A stretch of DNA of 64,000 nucleotides from Carcharhinus amblyrhynchos (Eukaryota), in assembly GCA_965287045.1 (NCBI GenBank), contig OZ336895.1, positions 22,754,001 through 22,818,000 on the forward strand, in the 5' to 3' direction. The position numbers and the translations under genes are program-made. A model generated the notes under the pieces. The model made no database searches. It was given only the letters and a program-made list of their open reading frames with translations, and was not told the DNA's origin. Shown one piece after another: positions 12,697 to 24,640 of this stretch (positions within the stretch are counted from its first letter, which is position 1; every line of letters begins with the position of its first letter).

Positions 12697-13043
12697 GGGC
12701 AGCATAGTAGCACAGTGGTTCGCACTGCTGCTTCCCAACTCCAGGGACCTGGGTTCGATTCCTGGCTTGGGTCACTGTCTGTGTGGAGTTTGCACATTCT
12801 CCTCATGTCTGTGTGGGTTTCCTCTGGGTGCTCTGGTTTCCTCCTACAGTCCAAAGATGTGCGGGTTAGGTTGATTGGCCATGCTTAAATTGTCCCTTCA
12901 TATCCTGAGACGTATAGGTTAGAAGGATTAGGGGGTAAAATATGTAGGAATATGGGGTAGGGCCTGGGTGGGATTGTGGTCGGTGCAGACTCGATGGGCT
13001 GAACGGCCTCTCTCTGTACTGTAGGGTTTTTATGATTTCTATG
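12697..13043 (+). mobile_element. Full-length HE1 SINE
   Basis: A box and B box (gggttcgattcc), HE1 core, tail ending tatgatttctatga. Confidence 0.92.
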
Positions 13044-13440
13044 AAAAAAGAAGTGCAACTGTGTAAATGATCATCAGATCAATAATTAAGTTTAATATTG
13101 TGGCATTGTATTTATTTTTTGCATGTTTGTGAATTTTTTTTCTTACAATACATTTAATTGTAACATAGATTTGACTTTATGATCTGATGGGGGAGTATTT
13201 GTGGATAACAATATGGCACCCAGTGATGTCCCTTACAATTTTTTCAATGACTTGATAAGTGGGAAATTATTAATTTTGTAGCACAGCTTTTAAATACCAC
13301 ACACATTTGGAAGCTTTGAGGCATAGCACGGATCTTCCTAAAGCTGCTTTTAATGGTGAACATGGGAATAAAGACCATGATGTGGGAAGGTGTGATGGGC
13401 TTATACCAGAGGAGCCAAGTAACATTTTTAAAAATGTTTT

Positions 13441-13754
13441 ATCCCATCCAAAATACCAAATTCAAATTGAATCCCATTCATGATCCCCACGGGAGAGACA
13501 AACCAGATTCACGCTGATAAGACACAGATATACAGCCCACCTTGGGCTTTATCAAACAAGATCCAAGCTGACAAGATGAGGCATTGCATCCCCTCCCAGA
13601 CTTGATCTAACGGTTCATCTTAGCCAAAAGGCTTTGAAAAATTGCATCAGGCGATGCTGTGGTTTAATTTCTTCAGCCAGCCTGATCATTGACTCCACCT
13701 GAGTCTGGGCAAACCACCTGCATGGTTATAGTTTCACCCCTGTCAGTTAAATGT
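13441..13754 (-). pseudogene. Decayed U1/U2 snRNA-derived chimeric element
   Basis: 13754-13705 matches recalled U1 nt 1-50 at 38/50 ungapped. 13632-13617 is an exact match to U2 nt 12-27 (GCCTTTTGGCTAAGAT). 13534-13514 resembles U2 nt 32-52. Confidence 0.75.
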
Positions 13755-14512
13755 GGGACACTCAATTACGGCTACCCCAGGAGCCAAATAACATTGCCTA
13801 AATGTGACTTGGCAGAGCAAAAGGCACTCCTCAAATAGCTTTGTCCACCCCCAACGCCCCCCCCCCCCCCCCACCCCACCCACCACAAGCCCTCCCCAAT
13901 CCCATATGTGGAATTCAATTCTCTCTACTAGAAATAAATAATCGCTAATAGCATTTTCACGCTGACTCTGGACTCTCTTATAATAAACCACAATTGCTAA
14001 ACTTTGCTTTCATAAATTGCAAAATTCACTGCTGTCAGCATTATTGAAAATAATATTATATTGCTTGCTCATCCAAGAATTAACAGCAATCTTTCCTCTT
14101 ACAGAAAAGAATCATGCATGACAAAAGATGATAAATGCTCTAAAATAATTGTGTTAGTGTAAATTCAAGTGGGGAATGTCCATGTGATACACGTGACACA
14201 CAGAGTTGAGGTCACAGAAGTTAAGTAACTGTTTTTGACTGGGAAAACTTACCAAAAAGGTTCAGTTGTAATTCAACACAAAGTTGAAATAAGGTCAACT
14301 TAAAGTTGTGTCAGCCCTAAAAGAAATATGTTATCGTGTTAACTGTAATGTAAATCTGGTTTGTGGTAGTGTTTTGGCATCTAGAGGCAACATGGGTTAC
14401 AGCAGATAACATGCTGTATCACCCACACTGAGTTTCACACTAACAGTTCTACCCACAAGAAAGGAATAGCTACTTCCCGTCCTTCGTCTTCCCGTCATCA
14501 GACAGATACAGG

Positions 14513-14982
14513 GGGTGCCAGTTTAAGCACATGTACATCCTCTTCTCTGTGACCTTTCCCCTCCCACGGATTCCTGTTTGGGTGTCTTGTGCAATGCTTC
14601 TGTGTCCACTTTCTCAGCAGCACAGATTATTCGGTCATCGTGCAACAGTTAAAAATTACTGCAACTATGCTTTGCGAACTTTCCAGTGACTTTTTCTGCT
14701 ATCAGTTAACCACATCAAGAGTTCAGTTTTCTGGGGAATTTTAGATCCAGCAGCTGTAACACCACTGTAGAATATCTCGAAAGTCACAACCAGTTTTAGC
14801 TCACTTAGAATGTCTGTGGAGGCTGTTAACATGGCTTGACTCTAAGTGCAAGACTCGGGTGCCAGTTTAAGCACATGTACATCCTCTTCTCTGTGATCTT
14901 TCCCCTCCCACGGATTTCTTTTTGGGTATCTTATGCAATGCTTCCCTTTCTGAGCTGCACAGATTATTCTGTCATCGTGCAA
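14513..14982. repeat. Local direct duplication of about 130 bp (14513-14645 and 14857-14982)
   Basis: Both copies read gggtgccagtttaagcacatgtacatcctcttctctgtga...gtcatcgtgcaa with few differences. Confidence 0.92.
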
Positions 14983-15184
14983 TAGGGTAGTAAATTCATT
15001 TAAAGCCATTCGAGTGCATTTGTTGTATTAAAAGTATGCGTGCAGATGTATGTGAATTGGATCATAATATTTTTGAAAGCAGACTTACTTAATGTCTTTC
15101 TAAATCTGTCTCAGTAATAAATTATTTCCCTGTCACTTACAAATGTAGTTTCAAACTGCCAAAATTTTGGTCTTGCATTTGCCC

Positions 15185-15420
15185 AGGGTGGCACATTGGT
15201 GTTTCCTCTTACAGTCCAAAGATGTGCAGGTTAGGTGGACTGGCCACGCTAAATTGTCCCTTAGTGTCCCAAGATTGGTGAATTAGCCATGGTAAATGTG
15301 TGGGGTTACAGGGATAGGATGGAAGGGTGGGCCTGAGTGGGATGCTCTTTGGAAGAGTCGGAGCAGACTTAATGAACTGTAGGTCTCTTTCTGCAGTGTA
15401 TGGATCCCATGGTTCTATTT
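15185..15420 (+). mobile_element. Internally deleted HE1 SINE
   Basis: acagtccaaagatgtgcaggttaggtggactggccacgctaaattg core plus tail. Confidence 0.85.
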
Positions 15421-18119
15421 TGCAGCTGCTGACTTTCTCAGCTTTTCCAACTCCTCTACCATTGATGGACCTAGACCAATGAAGACACTTATTCTTTCTC
15501 ATCTAGGTGTTCTTTCTTATATGTGTTCGATAATCAAAGGAGCGCAGACATGAAAGTACCTGACACACAACTGCTTTAGCTATCCATCTCCAGATATGCA
15601 TAAATCATATCAAGCACAATAGGCCTCACTCTCACATACCAAAACCACCAAAACTATTTCAGAATCACTCTTTCAATCAAAAATAACCCCATCTCTATCT
15701 TAATCTATTAACAATCTCCTTAAACCTGCTACCCAGCCTCCTCTGCACTTGTGTTCATCAAACTCAAGGAGATAATGGACTTCTTTGTCACAAGGATTGA
15801 GACGATCCATTCAGCTGCCTCTGCTGTATCACCACCAGCCTCAGCCCTTTCCCTACACCATACTGAGGTTGTGAAAGGTTTTATGTCAATGCAAGTTCAT
15901 TCATCCCTAAACACTTCAAAATTAAAATTCATATCCTCAAATTAAAATCTTTCTCCTTCCTATTTCTGCAACCTCCCAGACATTTTTCTTTTTCAAATTC
16001 TGCCTTTTGTGCACCTCTAACCCATTGTGCCAGCGTTGGTGACCATGCTTTGGGCACAGGAATTCTGTCCCAAATAGTGTTTCAGGAGTAGGTGCTAAGC
16101 TGTTCTGTGCAGTGCTGCCAACTGTCCACATGAGATAATTACCTTCAGAATCCTTTTGTGTTTGACATGTTGATACATGCAAGCCTGCACTCTCACATTA
16201 GTACCAAGTGAGCTGTTAGAAAGATAACTAAGCTTTTTGATGTGCAAGTCAGGTGTCAAAAGTAATCAATTCACCAGCAGTCTTTAAGTCAGTGACCTAC
16301 CTGAATGAACCATTTATTAGCAACATAACCCTCTGCATAATGGTTAAATAATTGTTTGACTGCATTGTACTCTGCTTTAAGAGGGATACTTCAAGCTGGA
16401 GTTGTTTTCTCAAGTTTCATAAGTTCCCGGTTCCCTTGGTTCAGTTGTTTGTTTCTATGTTGCAGGTCACACAGGACTTCACTGAAGTAATTCTGCTACA
16501 AGGGTGTTCAGAGGGGTAAAGATAATTGCATTGGAAATTGCATTGCTGTCATGGGGGGCACAACAGAATAAAATGTCTTGCTGTACCACAAGAACAAGGG
16601 TGAGAAAATGGGTGAAAACAATAAAAGATGAAAATTGCCTTGAAACTGAGGGGAAGACAAAAGAGAAATGCTCTAAATGACTACTTGCTCCAAGTATTCA
16701 CAAGGGACAATTTCAGAAACATGCCCCTCAAAACAAATGGTGCTGGAATCAGTTCAGCCTACCTGTAAAACTAATGCCCAACTGTGACACTGACGTCGTG
16801 AGGCACTGTGAGAAAACCTAGCATTCAGAGGGAAGCTATATTGAGAGTTTCACAGGAATCTCCAGCAAAGATATTCATGATATCAGTGTAGAGTTACCGA
16901 CATATTTAATTCTGAACTCCAGACAGATTCTTAAATTGGGACGTAAAAGGTTGAAAAAGTGGCTGCCCAAGAGCCTGTTCAACCACAACCCTCTCAAGAG
17001 GGGAGAAAAGAACATTCCAGACCTATGTTGTATCGATGCCCTTTCCTGCAACTAATCCAAAAAGCTATTATCAATTTGAGTGGGTCATTCAAACATAAAG
17101 ACATTGGGGTGAATTTTATTGTCCCGCTCGCTATGGGAATTGGAATGCGCTTCGGCCAGATCATGGAAAGGTCCATTGAACTCGGGCAGGATTTTACAGC
17201 TTTGGGGCGAGTGTGGCCGTAAAACCCCACCCACTGTCTCAAACCCTCAAAATGTTAAACAACAACACAGTATTTATAATCAACATTAACATCACCCCCT
17301 TATTTGGAAAAGTACAACTTCAGAATCTCAGTTACAAGATGAGGAAGATATTCTGTTGTCTGCTTTTAAAGTCTACAAGAATCTGTTTACAGAAGCTGTA
17401 ATAGCAAGCTACCTGTTTACAATCTTTATGTGTGTGGGCGTATGTCTGAAAGGATGTGTGAAATGACACATTTAATTCAGGATGTGTGAGAATAAATAGC
17501 CTTCTTTATTTTAAAATTTACTGAAGCTTGCTGCTGAATTACTTAATTAGAGAGCCACTCTTTGATGGTAAGAAACACACCTCTTAAATACGGTCATATT
17601 GATCACTGGCAGTGAAGGGATCAGTGTGTTCAGGCATTAGCTCTACGGTCAGTCTTAATTAAGGGTCTTATCATTATTATTTGCTATGCTTGGTTGGTGA
17701 TGAGCATTTAGGGGCTGGTAACCTCTAAAATTATGTTATTGTAATGTTTAACTTAATGACACTGAAGAGGCAATGATACAAAAGGAAGAGGAACTTGAAT
17801 TTTGATCTATGATCTCAAGTGCTCTGAAAAGTAACTTACTAATTTAGTGAGTTTAGAATCATATTTTGACTCCAGACCATTGAAATTGAAGAGTTAATCT
17901 GTCTTGCTGATGGGACAGACAGGTGCGTATGTTACTTTTTGTTCATTTTCCACAACCTAGTATCATGTTGGTCGTTATATGGCAAATGGATGCACGCTGT
18001 GATGAACTCTGTACACTGGGGCCTGATGATTGGTAAGATCAAAATGGTCTGCACACAGATGGGTATCATTTTGCCACTAAATTTCTGATCAGTCTTAAAT
18101 TCTATAGCAATCTTAAAAA

Positions 18120-19085
18120 CATATCAAATAGGAGTAGAGCAAAATGTTATGAGCTCTTGAGATTTCTCCACCGTCCAGTAAGATCATGATTGACTTTTAA
18201 CATTAGGTTAACTTTCCCACCCTTTCCCCATATTCTTTGCTACCCTTTGTGACTGAAATCTATTGATCATTGCATTGATCAACAAAGCATCTACAGTCCT
18301 CTGGTGTAGAACATTCTAGAGATGCACAACACTGGGTGAAGAAATATCTTCTCATCTCTGTCCTAATGGCCAATACCATGTCTTATCATGAGACAAAAAG
18401 AATGTGAGAAATAAATTTATTGGTTCATCTTCTACGTCAACTCTGCCTTCCCACACTATTCCCATATCGACTGATTCCCTTAATATCCCAAAATTTATCG
18501 ATTTTCTTCTTGAATAGTTCAGAATTCACCAACCAGGGGAAACAATCTCTCAGAATCCACCCTGTCACGTCTTCTAAGAATTTCAATGAGATCACCTCTC
18601 ATTTTTCTAAACTCTGGGGAATACAAGTACATTTTGTCGAACAGCAGAAAATACAGATCCATTCTACTCAATCTCTTCTCACATCCCAGGAATTAATCTA
18701 GTGAATCTTTGTTACATCCCTTGAAGGCAAGTGTACTTTTCTTAAGTAAGGAGATGAAAACCATATACTAGGCACCCTGCATAATTGCAGCAAGACTTCT
18801 TTATTTCCTTGCAATAAGGGCTAACATACCATTTGTCTTTATAATTGCTTGCTGTTAACATTCTGTGATTTGTGTACAGGGCAAAAAGTCTCTTGCAGTA
18901 TAAATATTTATTAGTCTCCCACCTTTTAAAAACCATTAACTTTAACATTCTTCCTACTGAAGTGGATAATTTCACACTTTCTCATATTATACTCCATCTG
19001 TCACCTTCTGCACAATCACTTATCTGATCTGCATCCCTTCACAGCCTCTTTGCATCATTCACTCAGCTCACTTTCCCAATTGCGA
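18120..19085 (-). mobile_element. Degenerate CR1 LINE 3' fragments
   Basis: Reverse CR1 motifs (aataggagtagagc, gattaatctagtgaatctt, gtggataatttcacacttt...atactccatctg). Confidence 0.7.
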
Positions 19086-19379
19086 GTGGCCTTTAAAGCA
19101 GAATGGGCCTCAGAACAGGAGTGAGACAAAGGCAACAGGGGGGAGCGGGGATGACTGGCATGTGAGAGGGTAGAAGGTTTGTGTGTCTGTGTGTGGTGTG
19201 TCTGAGGAGGAGAGAGGTGAGTATCTGTGAGAGAGAGTGATGCAATGGTGTGTGATTTGTGTGTGACAGAAGTAGGTGAGAGCGTGTGTGAGAGATAAAG
19301 GTGAGTGAGTGCATATGAGACAGTGATGCGAGTGTGTATGTGAAAGGAGAGGTTGTGTGTGAGAGAAAGAGGTAGGTGT

Positions 19380-19526
19380 NNNNNNNNNNNNNNNNNNNNN
19401 NNNNNNNNNNNNNNNNNNNNNNNNNNNNNNNNNNNNNNNNNNNNNNNNNNNNNNNNNNNNNNNNNNNNNNNNNNNNNNNNNNNNNNNNNNNNNNNNNNNN
19501 NNNNNNNNNNNNNNNNNNNNNNNNNN
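19380..19526. other. Assembly gap (N run)
   Basis: Run of n characters. Confidence 0.99.
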
Positions 19527-19582
19527 TGAGTGTGTGTGTCTGTGTGAGAGAGAGAGAGATGTGAGTATGAATGTGCATGTGT

Positions 19583-20598
19583 GGAGGTGATTCTCCCAGC
19601 CCACTGTGCTGCTTTTGTAGCACAGCGGGCCAGGAGACTCAAGTGGAGGACGTTTCGTGGGCTCTCCGCTGGGTGTCACAGCCTCTGCGAGTCTCCAGCA
19701 GTTGGATTTTCACCACCGTCAGCCTTGTGCCAGAAATCGGGGTGGAACTGCATACTTTATTTAAATGAAGATTTTACTACAATTTAAATATGATTAGTGG
19801 GCCCGGGACTGAAGTTTCCACTAGCCTGAAGGCATGCTAGCCTCTCCTGCCCCTCCAGGAGTATTTCACTCCAGCAGCAGCAATGGGGTTTAGAATAGCT
19901 CCCCACCTGCATTGAGCTGGCGGTCCGACCCCATTGGAATGGGGGGGGGGGGGGGGGGGGGGGGGGGCGATGGTGGGGGCAACTGAGGCCCTCCCCATAG
20001 GGTTGGGCATGAGGGGTGGTGTCTCCTGGGCATTACCACATTGGCAATGCCCACAGACCATAGGGCAAGGTTAAGGAGGGTGGAGCTGGATGGAGCTGGG
20101 CCTCGGGGGGGCAATCGGGGAAGGGGTTGGGTGTCCCACTGCCATTCTGCATTTGGGCTGAGTGACAGAGGGAGGGAGGCTAGCGATCAGGGCTGGGGGG
20201 AGCGGGGGAGTAGTAGGCCTGCTTGGGAGTGGGGAGGGGGGAGTTTGTGGGTCAAAGCTGACGTTTGGGGGGAGGCAGTGATCATGCCATGGGGGTGGCG
20301 ATGTGGGGTCACGGGGCTGGTCAATGATCAGGAGGCCTGCAGACAGGTACCACTGCGCATGCTGGCACTGACAGACAGATTGGCACACGCATAGCGGCCC
20401 ACTCAGCGCTATGCTGCTGGCCTCTCCAGCAGGAACAGACCCCATCCACCCACTGATTTTTGGAATGATTCATGCTGAGGCACTCTGCAGTTCTCAGAAT
20501 GTGGGAGATTCATTTTGAAACTCCCACCGAAAAAAGTGTGATTTACTCCAGTTTTTACACAGATTCAACATTTAGAGTTTGTTTGGGAGAATCTCCCC
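19583..20598. mobile_element. About 1 kb non-autonomous DNA transposon with TIRs (PIF/Harbinger-like)
   Basis: Ends ggaggtgattctccca and tgggagaatctcccc are inverted. TGT flanks both ends (possible 3-bp TSD, but it sits in a GT repeat). GC-rich interior with no recognisable ORF. Confidence 0.7.
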
Positions 20599-21572
20599 TG
20601 TACGCGAGAGAGAGAAGTGAGAGTATGTGTGAATGTGAGCGAAGAAAGGTGAGGGTGTGCGCATGGCTTATGTGTGTGAGAGCAGAGGTGAACGTGTGTG
20701 AGATAGGTGAGAGTGTGAGTGCATGTGTGAAAGACAGAGGTGAAAGAGATTGTGTGTGTGAGTGTGTTATTTGTGTGAGTGAGAGAAGGGAGCTGAATAT
20801 ATATGAGAGAGTTAGGTGAGAGTGTGAATGTGCATGAAAGAGAGAGGTGAGAGAGAGTTAAGTGCATCTGTGAGAGTTTTGCCGGAATTTTACCACCTCG
20901 TCTGCCTAAGGCTCTCAAGGCCAACAGAAAATGCTGTTCTGTGAGCCTTGCCCAACCCAATTCCAGAGTGGACATGCTGTAAAGTTCCGGCATATGTGCA
21001 TGTTTGATACGAGAATCCAGCTATCCAATAGCGTTCCTAATATTAAACAATTTGTGAGCAAAAGAAACAGCATCACTCCTCCCATTAACAAAGACAAAAG
21101 GGTAAGACTTAAGTGTTGAATAAGAGAACTTTTTAATGAGGGATGGATGAAGCCATGACAGATATAAAAATCTTTAAGATCAAGTTGTTGCCAGACCAGA
21201 AACCAGTGTTGCTAAGTGAGCATGAGGATGATGGGTCAACAGGCAGCAGAGTTTTAGATAATCTTAAATTAATGGATGGTGGAGTTTAGGAGGTTTGTCA
21301 CAAGTGAAATGATATAGTCAAGTCAAGAGGTAATAAAACATGCATTAGAGTTTTGGCAGCAAATGAGCCTGGTAGGGGTGGAAGTGGCTGGTGTTGTGGA
21401 GATGGAAATGGGCAGCCATTGTGATGGCAAGAATAAGTGATTACTAATTCAGTATGGAGGGAAATATGACATTAGGGTTGCAAACAGGTTAGTGCAACCT
21501 CAAAGAGTTCTCAGGATGGAGTTTGTGGCAGGGACCAAGGAAGACTTTGGTCTTCCAAATGTTTATTCAGAG

Positions 21573-21860
21573 AAAACTTCTAATCATTCAATATTGGCCT
21601 CCAATATTGGTCAAACCAAATAAATCATTCAGTATTGGATGTCAGACAAATATTGGATGAATCTAGAGAGGTTGTGGTGAGGGGTGCTGTCAGGTGAAAA
21701 GGACAAAGTTTTAAAACTTCTAATCATTCAGTATTGGCCTCTTTTAAGGTCAAACCAAATAAATCATTCAGTATTGGACATCAGACAAATATTGGAGGAA
21801 TCAAGAGAGGTTGTGGTGAGGGGTGCTGTCAGGTGAAAAGGACAAAGTTTTAAAGCTTCA
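21573..21860. repeat. Tandem duplication, 2 x about 140 bp
   Basis: aaaacttctaatcattca...gtcaggtgaaaaggacaaagtttt repeated head to tail. Confidence 0.92.
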
Positions 21861-21904
21861 TTGATAGGCCTCCATGGAAAGGTGCCCAACTAGTGAAACA
21901 GATG

Positions 21905-22220
21905 GGCTGAGCCAGCGTTTATTGCCCATCCTTAATTTCTCTTATCTGAGTGATTTGCTAGGCCATTCAGAGGTCAGTCAAGAGCCAACCACATTGTTAT
22001 GGGTTTAGAGGCACATGTAAGCAAGACCAGGAAGGATAGCAGATTTCCTTCCCTAAAGGGCATTAGGTTTCACAACAATCATTTTATGATCATTATTATG
22101 CCTTAAATTCCAGATTTTTGTTGAATTCAAATTTAACTTCAGCCATAGTGGGATTCAAACCCGTGTCCCCAGAGCATTACCCTAGGTCCAGTGACAATGC
22201 CACTACACCAGCACCTCCCC
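21905..22220 (-). mobile_element. tRNA-derived SINE (second family)
   Basis: Reverse head ggggaggtgctggtgtagtggcattgtcactggac...gggtttgaatcccac and core agatttccttccctaaag. Same family at 44448-44793. Confidence 0.85.
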
Positions 22221-24069
22221 TACATTGAGGATAAGTATGGTTTTATATCTCTGGAGGCTGTTTGAATTTACTACCTTCCGCGAGGACTGACTTGCAGAAT
22301 AAAACATCCCGCTGGGTATTGTCAGCATACATGTGAAAGCTAATGCTTTGATTTTGGATATGTTGCTGAGGGGCAGCATGCAGATGATAATAATAGGAAG
22401 GAGCCAACAATAGATCCTGGTGGATGCCAGAGGTAATAGGAACATGAAGAGAAGCCTTTGAAAGTGATGTTTTTGTTACAATTAGTTAGACAGAGAGGAC
22501 CAGATATATATGTATTGCCACTCATCTGGGCAACAATGGAGGTGCATGCAGTGGTCAACCATGTCAAAGGCTGTAGACAGATCATGAAGGATGAAGAAGA
22601 ATAGCGTACCCCTGTCACAGATAGATAGGATGGCAATTGTGAGTTTGGTAAGAACAGCTTTAGTACTATACTGACAAAATTTAGTCACCAATTTTTATAT
22701 CTCGAAAGGAAAGTGTCAAGGCTAGCAGGCATGTTTCAGCAATATCCTCTGAAATGTTTTCCTCTGAAATGGCTTCAGAAGTCATCAGATATCTCTGGGA
22801 CAGAAGTTCAACTTACTGACAGGCAGTAAAATAGATTGCTGCTGATTACCTGCCCAATATGGGACCTGCCCAATTTCACTGCCATTGATTCCTCAGGCAA
22901 TAAAAATCGAGTGGTTTCTAGAACAGCTGACCAATCTGCAGAATCAGATTTACTACCAAAATCTAAACCATTATTTACCGGAAGCAAGAGTCCAAGAGAA
23001 TCTCTTTTTAATTAAAATCCTGAGAACAACAAAATGAACACCATCATAATATTAATTTTTACAAATTCCCTTACATAGCTTTCAGGATTTTCTATTCAAC
23101 AGAATAAACTTAGGATGCCAGCAGTTCTAAAAATAAATATGTAACATATGTAAAGCTTTTAAACTTTGTCCTCCAGCTTTTCTTATACATGTTAACAATA
23201 ATAAAGTGTAAGCAATAGGATGTCTCTCAATTTGACACACTTTCTATTAAGTAGCTTTTATTAAAAATTTAATTGAAATCCTAGTTAAATTGGTTGTTCA
23301 GTTGTATCAAAATAATTTTCAAAAACACACTGTAAAGTCTTTGTTTTGAACAAAGTAAATATTTGAGAGTTTACGATTCAAAAATGAAAATCTCCTATGA
23401 AATGTGTGCAATTTTAAGTGTCACTAGTAGTTTTTCTGTGACATTACCTAATGAAAATCAGGAGGCTATGCTGTTTTATTAATGTTAAGTCACAATATAT
23501 TGTATTATCAGGGTCACTGATTTACATTGACTGAGTAAGTGCAATCTTTTTATTATACAGCATTTTGGATTGTTAACTGGTGCTTTAGAGATTGAATTCT
23601 ACAACTTATTTATTGTATGACGACATTAAATGATGGCCTTTGTTTTCTGTGTATTCTTCAAATACATGTACTAAATCTCATTCCACAATTAATGATTGCA
23701 GCAAGATATGTAGCAATACAGGTAAGACATGGGCGCACTGCACTGGACGGAAGTTATGGTCATTATATTGTTCTGGGGAATCCTTGGCTTTGGTAACAGG
23801 ACGGGTTTGTAATAAAGTTTGGTAGAGCCAAAGGACTCTGATGCCCAGAAACAATGCAGTGGAGGTGTTGAGTTTCATCCCTCTACTCATATTCCTCTCA
23901 AAGTTGTTTTCTGCATGAATATCATCCTCATCTATTCCTCCCTTCAGCAGTAGTGGATCTTGGTTGTTTTTATTCCTCCCTCCTCCGACACATTTCCCAA
24001 AATCCCTGTCTCTTGTAAACATCCAACTGAAAATTACTTTGGTCAACTTTAGTCCAGTTATAAGAGCTG

Positions 24070-24640
24070 TGAGTTCATAGAACAGAAGTGTACATCAGGT
24101 GAATAGCTTGGGCTTGTACCCGCTGGAGCTCAAAAGAATCAGCGGGATCTGAGTGAGGTATATAAAGTGTAAAGGGTCTTGATAATGTGGATGTTGAACA
24201 GATGTTCCCACTTCTGGGATAGTTATAGGATGGGAATTTCCAGCTGCGCTCATCCGAAAATCAGAAAATCCCGCCTGAGGTCAACGGAACTTTTCATGGT
24301 CTGCCCCTCGCCTACTCCAATTCTTGTCGCGGGCGGAACGGGAAAATTCGCCTCACAGAGTGAGAGGAGGTAGGTTCAAAACCGGGATGAGGAGAAACTA
24401 TTTCTCCAAGAGGGTTGTGAATCTGTCGAACTAACTGCGCCAGAGTGCAGTGGAGGCAGAAACAATCAACAGATTCTTGAAAGAGATAGATATGTTTTTG
24501 ATAAAAAAGCAGGATCAAGGGCGATGGGGAGCATGCAAGAAAGTGGAGTTGAGACCAGGATAAGATCAGCCAAAATCGTGCTGAATGGGGCTCAAAGAGC
24601 TGAATTTCTTACTCCCCCTCCTCATTCCTATGTTCCTATA
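24070..24640 (+). mobile_element. CR1 LINE 3' end interrupted by a MITE
   Basis: ggcttgtacccgctggagctcaaaagaat...agggttgtgaatctg, tail ttcctatgttcctat. Confidence 0.85.
24227..24353. mobile_element. About 127-bp MITE
   Basis: Inverted ends gggaatttcc / ggaaaattcgcc. Homologous to 26004-26130. Confidence 0.8.

Larger units (their letters stand above)
19160..20877. repeat. Degenerate (GT/GA)n low-complexity repeat, containing an N gap and a TIR element
   Basis: gtgt/gaga-rich tracts at 19160-19582 and 20599-20877. Confidence 0.9.
21120..22690 (-). mobile_element. Degenerate L2-clade LINE RT fragment with nested insertions
   Basis: Minus-strand translations contain LHDLSTAFDMVDH. Reverse gctgggtattgtcagcatacatgtgaaa corresponds to FHMYAD(D)TQ. 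Confidence 0.75.

Noticed and set aside
13790-13810. snRNA PSE upstream of the U1-like sequence
   Set aside because: Only a weak TCACA match at atypical spacing, which is insufficient support.
19055-20993. Long His/Thr/Ser/Leu-rich ORFs
   Set aside because: Translations of (GT/GA)n low-complexity repeat, an N gap and a GC-rich TIR element. Not genes.
21573-21860. CRISPR-like or other prokaryotic repeat array
   Set aside because: Two 140-bp units with no spacers, in a vertebrate intron.
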